DNA of 64,000 nucleotides from Callorhinchus milii (lineage: Eukaryota). The position numbers and the translations under genes were made by a program. Where the stretch lies: contig NW_024704743.1 of assembly GCF_018977255.1 (NCBI RefSeq), positions 56,546,001-56,610,000 on the forward strand, in the 5' to 3' direction. Positions within the stretch are counted from its first letter, which is position 1; each line of letters opens with the position of its first letter. Shown here one piece after another: positions 25,031 through 37,195 of this stretch. The notes under the pieces were generated by a model. That model was not told the DNA's origin and did not search any database. It was given only the letters and a program-made list of their open reading frames with translations.

Positions 25031-25499
25031 AATAATAATCCTTACATTTGATAACACCTTTCTCCTCTGGAGGACATCTCAAAGCACTTCACATAATACA
25101 ATGTAAAATGTAATGACTGTGTATTTTGTAGGTAAACAGTTTACTACTTGATCAGGTGACAATATATTTGATGCCAGCTTCTACCACAATAACTATCAGC
25201 AAAACAAGTTTCCCAAGTGGGCTACGGAAAGTTTTATGGAAGAAGTGAAGGAGTATAAAATGATCAAGAATTTGAGGAAAAAAATAGGATACATGGAGAC
25301 CTACAAAGACAGTTTCTGGAATTCACAAAAAAAAGGATAAGAAACGCAAAGAGGGGATATGAGGAAAATAAAAATTCAAAGGTAAAGAACGGAAAAGCTT
25401 TCTCTCAATATGCTCGATGCAAACAAAGGCACAGAGGGGCACGAGGTCACTAAGAATTGACAAGCGATAAGTGCATAGGGCATAGGGATGCTGTTTGAA

Positions 25500-26420
25500 T
25501 ACTAAGTAGGATGTTTTGAAGGAGGAGGAGGAAGTGGGAGAAATCAAGCTAGGTAAAGCTCCTGGTAACTATCATCCCAGAGTTCAAAAGGTATTGGCTC
25601 AGGAAATTGTGTGTCCGCTCATAGATGTTTTTCAAAGCTCACTTAAACTTAGAGGTCAGAGAATAAAAGGGGCTAGGGATGATCTGTTTAACGACAGATA
25701 TGGAAACCTCATGTCAATTGTGGGAAAATTGCTTCAATGATGATGGACAATGGTATAAGTCAGTGGTGAGCAACCCCGCAGCCTAGAAGTGGCCCGTCAA
25801 GAATCAGGCCCCACCCTCCAAACATTTGCACGAGTCTAGGTAAGTCTGTGTAAAAAACAGTAGTGTGTTTTCCGTTTTTTTCTTGATTGAACATTTCTTG
25901 ATTTATGGTATTAATCAAGTAATATTCAATCAATAAAAATTAAGCTGTTGGCTGACCATAAAGGTTGGCCACCACAGATATAAGAGATTATCTTGAGGGG
26001 TATATGTTCTCCAGAGATATGCCTTTAGGAGATGGAGGTCATGCTTAACAAACATATTAGATATGTTTAAGAAGAATACAGACTAATGGATAGAGGTCAG
26101 GGGGTGGATATATTTTACCTGGATTTGGAAAGACAATCTGTATACTAGATTACTCCAGGGGATAGATGACAATTTATTAATCTACATTTGTAAATGGCTA
26201 GCAGCTAGAAAGTAAAGGAAATGATATACAAAGGAGGTATACAGCTGGGATTTGGTTGCTAGTAGTGTACTATGAGGATCAGCATTGGGTTGATAGTTGT
26301 TTATAGTTTTGTAAATAATTTGGAGACTGGAATTATATCAAAGTTGTTCCAATTTGCAGATGAAGTAAAATGAGCCTGGTGACAAACGATGAAATACAAT
26401 GTGCACAAATTCAGAAGGTT
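25500..26420 (+). mobile_element. CR1 RT fragment interrupted by a hAT MITE
   Basis: KAPGNYHPRVQKVLAQEIVCPLIDVFQSSL before the MITE; RSCLTNILD, VDIFYLD and FADE after it. Confidence 0.8.
25761..25977. mobile_element. hAT (Charlie-like) MITE, 217 bp
   Basis: Imperfect TIRs CAGTGGTGAGCAACC / GGTTGGCCACCACAG; flanking 8-mers gtataagt / atataaga (6 of 8 match); cleanly splits a CR1. Confidence 0.75.
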
Positions 26421-27619
26421 GACGACAACAACAATAATAATTTACATTTACATGAGCACCTTTTATGTCAGGAAGACATCTCTAAATGTTTCTCACAGCT
26501 GACTGGGAAAGCTGCGTGTATACTCTGGCTAGAAATCATAGAAATCCAAGCAGCAAAAGATATTCGGTAAATCAAGCCTAACTTGGTGTTAGTTCATCCA
26601 CTGGAACCTATATCTATAATGGAAACCTGTTGTTATAATGTGGGTTTGTTTATAGCATAAATGGGGTGTAAATACTGACATATTAAATGCAATAATTGTT
26701 ATTATTATTTACATATTTAGCAAAAAAAAACAAAATGAGCGCAGAAAGCCAGCTCCATTAAAGATTATTGCGGTTCAAATTATCACTAAACAGTCATCAC
26801 ACACTGGTTGGAACTTTGTGAACCCCAAATAATGCATTCAAACAGAGTTCTATTGTATAATATCAATTTCTTGCTGTTTTCTGTACACATTATGATTTGT
26901 CAAATGTTCAAATGTTTATCCAATTCATTGTTAAATTTTGTCATAGTCTTAGCCTCAATAGTCACTTCTAGTAAAATATTTCACGCTCCAATAACCTCTA
27001 TATGAGAAGGTTTCTCCTTTTCTCTCCTTTGATTTTTCCTCTTATTAAGGATTTTCCAAGAAATTGGAATAATCTTTCTTTATCTATTCACTGGCGTCAG
27101 TAAGTAATTCTCTGCATAACTTATGTAATAATTCTTGGTGTGCAACTGTTGTGTAGCATGTGCCAATTTGCTTCTTGTTTCAACTGGAAATGATTGTATT
27201 CTAATTGCTGTTTGTAGTGGCTGAAGAGGAATATAAGAATATAGGGGATTAGCAGTTTGCAAAATAAATACAAAGTCAGAGAATTGTAAAGGAATTTTTT
27301 GCTATGTTTCTATTGATAACACATTATAGCATTTCAAAGAGTATATTGTGCCAATAACAACAAATTGCATTTATATAATGTCCTTCATATAAGATAATGT
27401 CTTGGAATGCTTAACAATGATGGGGTCAAATGCAGAGCAAGAGAAAAGAGATAAGGAGAGATGACTACAGGCACAATCAAAGACATAGGTTATAAAGTGG
27501 AAATTGAAGACAGAGGGTAGCGAAGCAGTTCCCAATGTTAGAGGCTCAGTGGCTGAAGGCTTAGCCATCAATGGTGGCATGGAAGGGGTATCATCAATGA
27601 GTTTCAACAAGGTTCAGTA

Positions 27620-28260
27620 TAGAAATGCTGCCTTCAGCATTTAAGCAGTTAATTGAAAAGTTTGTTGAAACCTGTATATTAATTCTGGGCGTAATATCAA
27701 ATTAGAGAGATTCAGCAGTGAAATTACCACCATGTATAAAATGGTGAGTTTTCCATTTTGATAATGTACTATTAATGTATTCATCTCTTCCTGTAATATT
27801 CAGGCATGTTGTCTGCTGGTAATTCAATTATTGTTAGCAGTTCAATGACTGTCCGTTAAGCCTGTTAAAACACTTCTTGTCTTAATTCGAAATAGGGCTA
27901 TTATCTTAGGAAATCAGTCCACTTAAAAGACAGAATGAGGAATCACAGGTCCGCTCTTCCACTTGCTTCCATTGACATTCATTTCTAGTAATTGATATTA
28001 AACATGCTTTAAAAATCTAAATTAGTTCTGATGTTTGTTCATTTCTATGCTTTGGCCAATTTATCTAAACTGTTTTGAAATTAAAACACTATTTAATGTA
28101 GTGTGAGATTTGTAATCTAGTTTGTGAAAATCACTCCCATTTGTGTTCCATTAAAGAATGATCAAAAACAATATTTCTCAGAAAAAGCAGAGATTCAGTT
28201 GCTTTTTGGTTCTAAGATACAGAGACTCAGAGAAAACAGCACATGGAGTAAGTAGGTTTT
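27620..28260 (+). mobile_element. Ancient L1-clade post-RT fragment
   Basis: ILGVI (cf. YLGV) followed by IILGNQ...GITGP (cf. FIW..K...GG..LP). Weak match. Confidence 0.35.
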
Positions 28261-28269
28261 GACTGGAAG

Positions 28270-28676
28270 TAATAGCAATCCTTGCATTTGAAGTAGCATC
28301 TTATCATGTCATTGAAACATCTCAAAGTGCTTCACAGTGCTGAATTTTGTATGCAAACATTTGCAACAGCAATGTCCCAAAAACGGCTTTGAAGCAAAAG
28401 ATTGGTGGTTAGATTCATCGGTAGAATATCCTTTGCTTTTTGAAAATTGCCACGGGATCTTTAATGTCTTTGGTTTAAAATCTCGTTCAAAGGATTGCAC
28501 TTTTGTCAAAGTAGTGATTCCCCCAGCATCGCATTGTGAATTCACTTCCAAGTCCAGATGTGCGACTTGAACTCACAGCCTTTTAACTCAGGCAACAGTG
28601 GTACGTCCTCCTGAAGTGAAAGACGCTATACAAATGTAATTTTGTGTTGTATTGTACCAACTGAGTCAGACTGACA
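28270..28676 (-). mobile_element. Deu-domain SINE with a + strand L2 tail nested at ~28602-28654
   Basis: Reverse tail, core and head (taccaactgagtcagactgaca); gtcctcctgaagtgaaagacgctatacaaatg is inserted in the head. Confidence 0.8.
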
Positions 28677-28710
28677 ACTCTAAACTGAGTCAGCATAACA
28701 CCAGGCAGAA

Positions 28711-29300
28711 AACAACAACAACAAAATTACATTTGTATAGCACCTTTCATGTCGGAAGGATGTCCTAAGGCGCTGGAAAGACAGTTATGGACTCAAGATG
28801 AGGGTCGGGGTGGGGGGAGGGCAGGGGGAAAGCAGGGAGATCGAAAGCACGGTCAATGAGGAGGGTATTGAGGTGGGTCTTGGCAAGGGAGGGAGCGAGG
28901 TAGAGGGACTGTGGGATGGCGTTCTAGAGGGTGGGTGCAGAGTGGCAGACGGCTCACCTGCCGATAGTGGGGCGAGCAAGGCGGGAGACATGAAACAGGC
29001 CAGAGCCCGCTGAGCAGAGGGAGCGAACAGGATGGTAGGGAGTTAGGAGGTCTGAGAGGTAGGGGGAGCAAGACCGTGGAGGGCTTGGAAGGTGAGGACC
29101 AGGATCTTGAACTGTATCCTCTGTGTGATGGGAAGTCAGTGGAGTTGGGCAAGGATGGGGGTGATAGGGTCACAGAGCCTAGTGCAGGAGGGTACATGGG
29201 CTGCAGATCTGCAGCCTGTGGAGGGAAGAGTTGGGGAGACCGACAAGCAGTGAGTTTGCATAGTTGAGCCTCGATGTAATGAAGGTGTGTATGAGGGTAA
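28711..29300 (-). mobile_element. Young L2 3' fragment
   Basis: LIHTFITSRLNYANSLLVGLP and DPITPILAQLH peptides; (CAA)n reverse tail. Confidence 0.92.
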
Positions 29301-29427
29301 AATATACAATTGCATTGGTATGGAGCCTTTCACATTGGAAGGACGACCCAGAAAAGTTACTAAAGCAGAAATGAACAGGGCCAATTAATTTAATACATCG
29401 GTACCAATAAATGTGTTTCATTCCTGC

Positions 29428-29680
29428 AACAACAACTTACATTTAAATAGCATCCTTCATGTGCGGTAGTGGCTCAGAGCGCTCAACAGTGGTAGAGATT
29501 GACGCCAAGCCTTGGAGAGATGGGTGGTGACCATAGGTATGGTCGAAGGGGAAAGCATTCAGATGTGATCTAAAGACAGACAAGGAGAAGGCAAAGGGAT
29601 TGAAGCAGAGAGTTTCGGAGTATTGGGGTGTAGTGGCTGATGGTGGAGAGGACGAGGGATGTGCAGATAGTTGGATGACA
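29428..29680 (-). mobile_element. L2 3' fragment
   Basis: Reverse tail caacaacaacttacatttaaatagc and antisense body. Confidence 0.75.
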
Positions 29681-30329
29681 GAATAATGTTTATACTTTAT
29701 CATCACCCCATGTTGAGCTTTGGTGGGGAGAGGGGAAAACAACTTGGAACTGGTGATCCAGTGGTGCTCAGTGATGGTCTGTGGCACCCAATTCATAATG
29801 CTAACCTTTACCTGTGAACTTAGGTCAGAACACTAACGTGTATCACATGCCAGTCCCTATGAATAGCAATCATTGTTTTTCACCCTTGCAGTGGGTTACC
29901 ACATAAAAAAGCAGGGTAATGACAATGAGTAAAACAGCAGGTTAGCTAAGATAACAATGGTTTATGGAGCAGGAGAGAGAGATCATGAAATCACTTTTTC
30001 ACTCACAACACCCTTTAGAAAACCTTGGTTCAGGACCAAGATGGCTGACTCGTTCATTAAATAAACTGAACCAGTATGTCAGAAAATGATTTAATGGTAT
30101 TCAACGCACGGTTTAAATGTAGAACTTCTTAAAATATTGAATAGAATTTCCTGGATATGCCAGAGATAACCCTCACTGTCCCAAAACTGATGCTGGTGAA
30201 ACCAGGTTTCATATTTGACTAGTGGTTTGGGCATCATGGTTTTAACTGTTGGTTAGCAGGATAGTGTATTTTTGCTGAAAAAAATACTCGAGTAAACTAT
30301 GATCCCACTAGTCAAAAGTTGGGGCAAAT

Positions 30330-31343
30330 TTGGGTCTTGGGCTTTATATTCAGACGGATAGAATATAAAAGTAATGAGGAAGGTGATGTTGAATTTATAC
30401 AAAACCTTGCTTTAACCACAGTTCTGGAGACCATATTTCTCCTCTTGTTGGAAAATATACCAATCAGTGCGGGTAAATGAACAGTGTGGGTAAATGAACA
30501 GTGTGGGTATCTGCTTTAAGATAATTTTATCAACTTTGCCAATGTGAAAAAACAACCTGTGGAGAGAAAAAAAAAGCTGTGTCCCCCACCAAAGCTGACA
30601 AATGTATCAATAAAAAAAATACCCACAACTTCTGCAAAGTGACAATAAAACTGAAATTTCACTGCAGACTGGAGAATATATTATGCCACCTTGAGTTATT
30701 GTCACTACAATTCACTGTGAAATGTCACCTCTTTATCATGTTGTACAGAGGGCTTTTCATTATGTTGGACAAGGTGGATAAATGGCTATACAATGTAAGG
30801 AAAATGGATGGGACGCATTAAATCGTGAAAGGATATCAAGGCCTTGGAGAGGGTGTAGAGGAGATTTACCAGAATGGTACCAGGGATGAGGGATTTTAGT
30901 CATTTGGAGAGATGAGAGAAGCTGGGATTATTCTCCTTAGAGCAGAGAAGGTTAAGGGGAAATTTAATAGAGGTGTTCAAAATTATGAGGGGTTTTCATA
31001 AGAATAGATAGGAAGAAACTGTTGCCACTGGCAGGTAGGTCGGTAATCAGGAGACATAACTTTAAAATAATTGGTAAAAGAACTGGAGGGGAGATGAGGA
31101 AAATTGATTTACACAGAGAGTTGCTACAGTCTGAAATGCATGCCTGAAAGGGTGGTGGAAACAGATTCAATAACAACTTTCAAAAGGGAATTGGATAGGT
31201 TCTTGAAAAGGAAACATTTGCAAAGATATGGGTAAAGCGCGGGGGAGTGGGACTGATTGGTTAGCTCTTCCAAAGAGCCGGCACAGGCACAATGGGCCGA
31301 ATGGCCTCCTTCTGTGCTGTAATATTCTATGATTCTAGGATTC
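30330..31343 (+). mobile_element. CR1 3' portion split by a ~390-bp unrelated insert (30439-30826)
   Basis: Left part LNLYKTL..PQ; right part KDIKALERV*RRFTRMVPGM; canonical end gggccgaatggcctccttctgtgctgtaatattctatgattct. Confidence 0.9.
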
Positions 31344-31344
31344 T

Positions 31345-32500
31345 GTCAGCAATATTTTGCAACATTCGTAAAATAGCTAAGTGCTATATTTGAATACTGG
31401 CAATGTGCAAATAAACATTAGAGAGCAAAATGGTCCAAATGGTGACTATTTTGCTCTGAGGCTTCTCTTTTTACATTTTGTGCCGCTCAGATATCACAAT
31501 TAGCAATTTTGTAAATGTCACATATTCAACTCATTTTGCAAGTCATAAACGGAAGTTGCAATTAACACATCAAATCCCGTTTGGAAATATCATGATAGCA
31601 ACTTGCAATTTCAATAGAGACCGACATTAAGCAAATGACGATGATGCAGCATTGCATTAAATTAAAACGTGAAATGCAGCAAAAAGAAAACAGCATGTAT
31701 CGTTATGTCTGACAGTCTGTTGTGGTTTTAATTTTCAAAAAACTAACAATTATTTCACCAACGTCAACTCAAGACAGGTGTTACCAACACTATCAATGAT
31801 GTGCTTCATCACCTGTATAATTTTGGATGAAATTATACAGGATGCCTCCTTAATGGTCTTAACAAGACATTAATACAATAAATTATTGATAAATTATTGT
31901 GAATTCCATGTTTAACTTTATGCTTTTGTTTGGGAGGTGGGGAGGGAAAAGGATCTTTAATTAACCCGCCCCCCCCACCCTGTTCATGTACTGCAAACTG
32001 CTCATCTTAAGTTTCTGTGTTTGATGGAAAGCCTTCAATAAAGTAGAAAGAAATGAGAAAATCGTAATTGAAAATGAGAACTTGCTCTCAAGCAAAAGGT
32101 TTGATCATTTCTACAATAAGGCATTTAATGAACAATTGTAGAATAATATAATATTTACAGTCAGTACTGCATATTGTTTTTCATTAGGAACTTCCATTCC
32201 CTTGTCTTCTGTTTGCGCAGGAAAACATTCCATACACTGCAAAATACTGCCCTTATAAATGATTTGGTTCTTCCTTTCATTTGTCACTAACCAGCTACTC
32301 CAGGTAACAGTATGAAACTGAGTATTTTGAATATTTTGTGTTCTAATGTGATAAATAGCTTGCATGAACTCAGCAAATCTCTTTATCCACTATAATCAAT
32401 ATGCAGCACTGATACTGGTTTGGAAAGGCTTTAGGACTTGACAATAATACAATTGATCTGCATCTATATCAGTTTTAAAATAAAAAANTATTAAAAATGT
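31345..32500 (+). mobile_element. Ancient L1-clade RT-end/post-RT fragment
   Basis: Weak remnants in order: SDITIS (cf. SG.KIN), FGN/YLG-like, FQKTNNYFTN (cf. FFK.LN..I..F.W). Confidence 0.3.
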
Positions 32501-32837
32501 TTTTACAAACTGATAGAGCTTGTAAATGATATTACAACAACAACAAGATTACATTTGTATAGCGCCTTTCACGTTGGGAGGACGTCCCAAGGCACAAAAT
32601 GTAGTGGTTTTTTTGGTCACTTTTTTCTTGTGTAATCCATCCTTCTGTCCATTTACTACTTCTGTTGGAGATTGGTAAACCAGAGATTTTCACGATTAAC
32701 CAACTGAAGCCAACTGGCTTATCTCCCAGAAGTACAATTCGAGCCAAACCAATAAAACAACAAGGAAAGAATGTATTTTTAGCAAATGCCAAGTGTACAC
32801 CTTGTATTGGCCAAATTGGAAATTAAGTGTTAAATAA

Positions 32838-33312
32838 AATCCTTGCATTTCATTTACAGTGCCTTTCATGTCAGGATATTTCAAAGCACTTCACATGATC
32901 TCCTGTAAAATGTATACAGTAGACTGCGTATTTGTAGGTGAGTAGTGGCAACTAATTTGTGCACGAAAATGTCCCGGAAACATGAAATGAATGACCAATT
33001 TTATTTGGGGATTTGTTGATCAGTTACCATGAGAAACTTTCTTATCTTTTACAATAATGGCATCTTTCATGTCCACCTGAACAGTCAGACACAACCTCGG
33101 TTTAATGTCTCATCCAAAGCACTTGATGAATCTTCAACAGTGCAGCACATCTCCATTGTTGAAGATGGAGAATGTGGATTCAAGTCCCATATTGGGACTT
33201 TGAACTCACATAGTATTAAAACACATAGTGAGTTCAAACTCCCAACATGGGACTTGAATCTACAAACTTTTGACTCGGAGATCAGTGTACTAGCAACTGA
33301 ACAAGGGTGTCA
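32838..33312 (-). mobile_element. Deu-domain SINE (SacSINE1-like)
   Basis: Reverse tail, core, cctcggtttaatgtctcatcc block and head. Confidence 0.8.
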
Positions 33313-33621
33313 CCTAAACAAATCTGATTCATGTTAAAATAGCAGTACACTACAGTATTCTCCCAGATTTAAGCCAATCATCTAATTGCCTACTTTTATT
33401 GCTATTGTGTTGAGATGCTATCCTGAGTGAAGCACTAATATAAATGGACATTGTTGCTATTGAGTTACATAGAATGATAAGGCACAGACACAGGCCATCT
33501 GGCCCAACTAGTCTATACTGATATGTATACATTTGATCTTGTGTTGATCATGGGATCTTTATGGGATCTGAACAGGCAGATGGGACCTCAGTTTAATGTC
33601 TCATCTGAAGGATTGTGTAAC

Positions 33622-33947
33622 ATAATAATAATAATAATAATAATCCTTGCATTTGATATAGCGCTTTTCACGTCGGGAGGACGTCCCAAAGCGCTTCACA
33701 GAACACACTGCAAAGTGAATTGACTGTATATTTGTGGGCGAACGCGGCAGCCAATTGCGCACAGCAATGTCCCACAAACAGTCGTAGATTGAAAATGACC
33801 AATTTATTATTGTTTTTGGTTTTGGAGGATTATTATTAGGCGTGTGAAGTAAGGAAACTTGCCCAAGGTTTCGCCCTGCCTGGAATTGAACTCAGGTCTC
33901 TCACTTGCAAAGCGAGTGCTCTAACCACTGAGCTACAGGACTCCACA
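33622..33947 (-). mobile_element. Young full-length tRNA-Ala-derived SINE (short subfamily, L2-type tail loop)
   Basis: Near-identical to 50389-50698; intact A/B boxes; TTTGCAA anticodon-loop remnant; acataa on both flanks (possible TSD). Confidence 0.95.
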
Positions 33948-34659
33948 TAACTCGATCCAAATCAAGGTTGTGTTAGTAGCTTCTCCGTTTGTCAAGCCAA
34001 ACACTCAAAAACCCACCACTGTAAACCACACACCTTGTCCCAGTGTCCTTTGTACTTCCTGCCCTTCTTCTTATTGGGCCTTTTGTTAATTGTCAATTTA
34101 CTCTTAAAGGAGTATCCAAAAGACTGCCCCTCCAACAATGCAAAGCCCCCACCCCTCCAACCGTACAATGGAATGTCAGTTTAGTTTACGTGAGTTCAGG
34201 TTTCAAGATGGGATTTGGAGCCACAACCTTTGACTCAAAGAAAGAGTGCTACCAACTAAGCAAATCTGAGGTCCAAAGCATACCAAGCTGACACACAGGC
34301 AAACATAGCAGCTACTCTGTACCAGCAACATCCCATAAACAACAATGAGATGAGTAGCTAATTCATTTGAATTTGGGAAGTGGATTTCAATGAGGATAGA
34401 GTATAATGCAGAATAATCAGGGGATAGACTTTCTTTCAAATAGTGTGGTTAGGGATATCTCTTGACATCCACTTGAATCAAAAGATAGACTGAATTAGAA
34501 TAAGTGCCAATAAAAATAAAATAAAAAGCATAAAGCAATTAATATGGAATAATGCTGGGTAGGTAAACAACTATTACATTATTATTGAATTACAAAGGTA
34601 ATTTGCCTTGATTGCTGCATGATCGCCTGCACCACAAATGTTTACTAATAAAACAATAT

Positions 34660-35016
34660 TAATAAATATTAATCCTTGCATTTGATATAGTGCTTTATCA
34701 CATCATTGAGATGTCTCAAAGCGTTTCACAGATTATATTGTAAATTATTTGGGGGCGAAACATGGCAGCTAATTGCACACAGCAATGTCCCACAAATAGT
34801 TGTGAATTGAGTGACTACATTTTTTTGAATGGATTATTACCCCTGGAAAGTGATCCGGCAATTGAATAACAACCAGGTTCCTACTGACTGTGAAGTAAAC
34901 AGAGGCATATGGAGTAAGGAAACTTGCGTAAGGTTTTGCCCCACTTGGGATTCAAACCAAGCGGTCCTCTTGCTTGTGAGGTGAGCTCACTAACCACTAT
35001 GCTATGGGGCTCCACT
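34660..35016 (-). mobile_element. tRNA-Ala-derived SINE, long subfamily
   Basis: Includes the extra internal block (ttaccccctggaaagtgatccggcaattgaataacaaccaggttcctact). Confidence 0.88.
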
Positions 35017-35694
35017 GTGCTCGACACCTTCAGTAAAATACACACAAAATTGCAGGATCTGATATTACAGTATAGCAGTGTGATTCATTGAGTATTGTGG
35101 AGTACTCTATCTTTCTTTCTGGTTTATATCTAAACCAGCACAGTGAGCTTTGTTGTGCTATTAGTCACAGGAATGTACAAGACTGAATGGGACTGCTGTA
35201 TTGTGGTTCATTTCACCCATTCCAAAGTTAAATAAAAACAATTTTTATCTCTAATATCCTTTAATAGATTCATGGGCCAAATAAACACATAATTCCTTAT
35301 AATATAATTTGCTAACACTATCCATAGAAAACATCATGGCCAAACACAATCCTATTTAGATTATATAGCTTCAGGTACCTAAGTTTTCCCTCAGTGAAAT
35401 AACAAATGGTCACTGAATAAAGTTTACGAGTGCAAATGATGGGATTGGTGCAAATACTGTCAAGTGATTACAATTTACTCGATTATTGAACAGAAATTAA
35501 ATGCTCAATCCTATTACGGTGCTCTGTGCATTTTGTGCTCAATGGGCCTTGAGGGCTGGCAGTTAACTTTGGGAAGGATTAGAAAGCTGTGGCCCATTCC
35601 TAAAATGTCATTCCTTATTATCATTGAAATTTCTAGCTTTGTTTTAATGGATCCCTGCCTCGGGAAGACAACAAATCTTGTAAAATGAGAATAT

Positions 35695-36085
35695 AATAAT
35701 AATAATAATAATCATTGCATTTGATATCGCACTTTATCACATCATCGAGCCATCTCAAAGCACTTCACAGAAATATACTGTAAAGATGATTGACTATATT
35801 TTGTGGGAAAAATGCTGTAGCCAATTGCACACAGCAGTGACCCACAAACAGCAGTGGATAGGTTGACCAATTTTTTTAAAAAAACAGCCTTATTACCCCC
35901 AGATAGCGATCTGCCAATCGACTAACAACCGGGTATCTACTTACTGCTGGGAAACAGAAGTGTGTGGAATAAGGAAACTTGACTAATGGTTTGCCCTGCC
36001 CGGGAATCGAACCTGGGTCCTCTTGCTTGCAAGTGAGTATTGCAATTGCAAATGCAGTTTGAGTATTGATTATTGCTCTAACCAA
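35695..36085 (-). mobile_element. tRNA-Ala-derived SINE, long subfamily, head disrupted
   Basis: Same internal block; a ~35-bp insertion lies between gagt and gctctaacca in the head. Confidence 0.85.
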
Positions 36086-36489
36086 TACATTACAGACTTT
36101 AGTCACAAGCAGTGACAAGTTGCAAGAATCCAGCCACAAGCACACTACCATACATTGAAAGTTTTCTCATACGTTAGCTGCTCACCTTATCAACAATGAG
36201 CAAAACAAATGTTAAGAACGAAGGGGTAAGTATAAATGGTGAGAAAATTTTATTCTCAGAAGTTGCAGTAAGATTTTACAACATCAAGTCTTGATTTTTC
36301 TAGACTGTGATTGATCAAGGGCGTACTATCAATGCTATAATAATATGATAATAATAATATAACAATATAATATAGTGTTGAACAGAATTCAGTCTATTCA
36401 TTCATGTTGCCAATTGAATTTTAACTTTGCTGTAACCAAGCAAGGCCAATGAAATGGTGCTGGCATGTTTCCTGTCTAATAATATTAAT

Positions 36490-36768
36490 GATGCTTACAT
36501 TTGATAAAGTGCTGTTCATGTCAGGAGGATCTCTCAAAGCACTTCACAAGATATACTGTAAATTGTAGTGACTGTGTATTTTGTAGTTGAAGTCAGCAGC
36601 CAAGTTGCACACAGCAATGTCCCACAAACAGTCTTGAAGTGAATGACCAATGTTGCTCGGGGATTGTTGGCAAGAACACTGGGAAAAATTCCCTTCTCTT
36701 TTCAAACAATACAATGTGAACAGGAGATAGGATCCCAGTTTAATATCTCATCTGAAGGACAAGGCACT
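36490..36768 (-). mobile_element. Deu-domain SINE, headless
   Basis: Reverse tail, core and gtttaatatctcatctgaaggac. Confidence 0.85.
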
Positions 36769-36769
36769 G

Positions 36770-37195
36770 GTGTCAAGCTGGCTCAGTTGGTAGTACTCTC
36801 ACCTTTGAGCTAGAAGGTTGTAGAAGCTCCATGGGCATTTTGAGCTCCTAGTCTAGCTGACACTCCAGTGCAGTCATGGGGGAGTGCTGCGTTGTTGGAG
36901 GTGCCATCCTTTGATTGAGATTTTTAACCAATGCCCAATAAGCCTGTTCAAGTAGACATTAAAGATCCCATGACACCATTTGAAAAGAATAGGGAGTTTC
37001 TCCTGATGTCTTTGCTAAAAGTTCTCCACATAAAAAAAGGTTATTCAAGTCATTGACAGCTTGTGGGGTATTGCTGTGTGTACATTGTCTGTTCATAGCA
37101 AATTAGTCCTACACTTTACAGAAAACTGTGAAACGCTTTGAGATGGTTCAGTGGGATAAGGTGCTGCATCAAATCAAGGATTATTTTTATTATTA
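36770..37195 (+). mobile_element. Deu-domain SINE (SacSINE1-like), full length
   Basis: gtgtcaagctggctcagttggtag head, ctgacactccagtgcag block, core and ggattatt tail. Confidence 0.88.

Noticed and set aside
32488..32488. Single ambiguous base n
   Set aside because: Assembly or consensus ambiguity beside an A-run, with no biological meaning.
33875..33947. tRNA-Ala(TGC) gene (also the heads at 15912, 20912, 62513)
   Set aside because: These are SINE heads running directly into SINE body and tail, without a proper acceptor stem or terminator.
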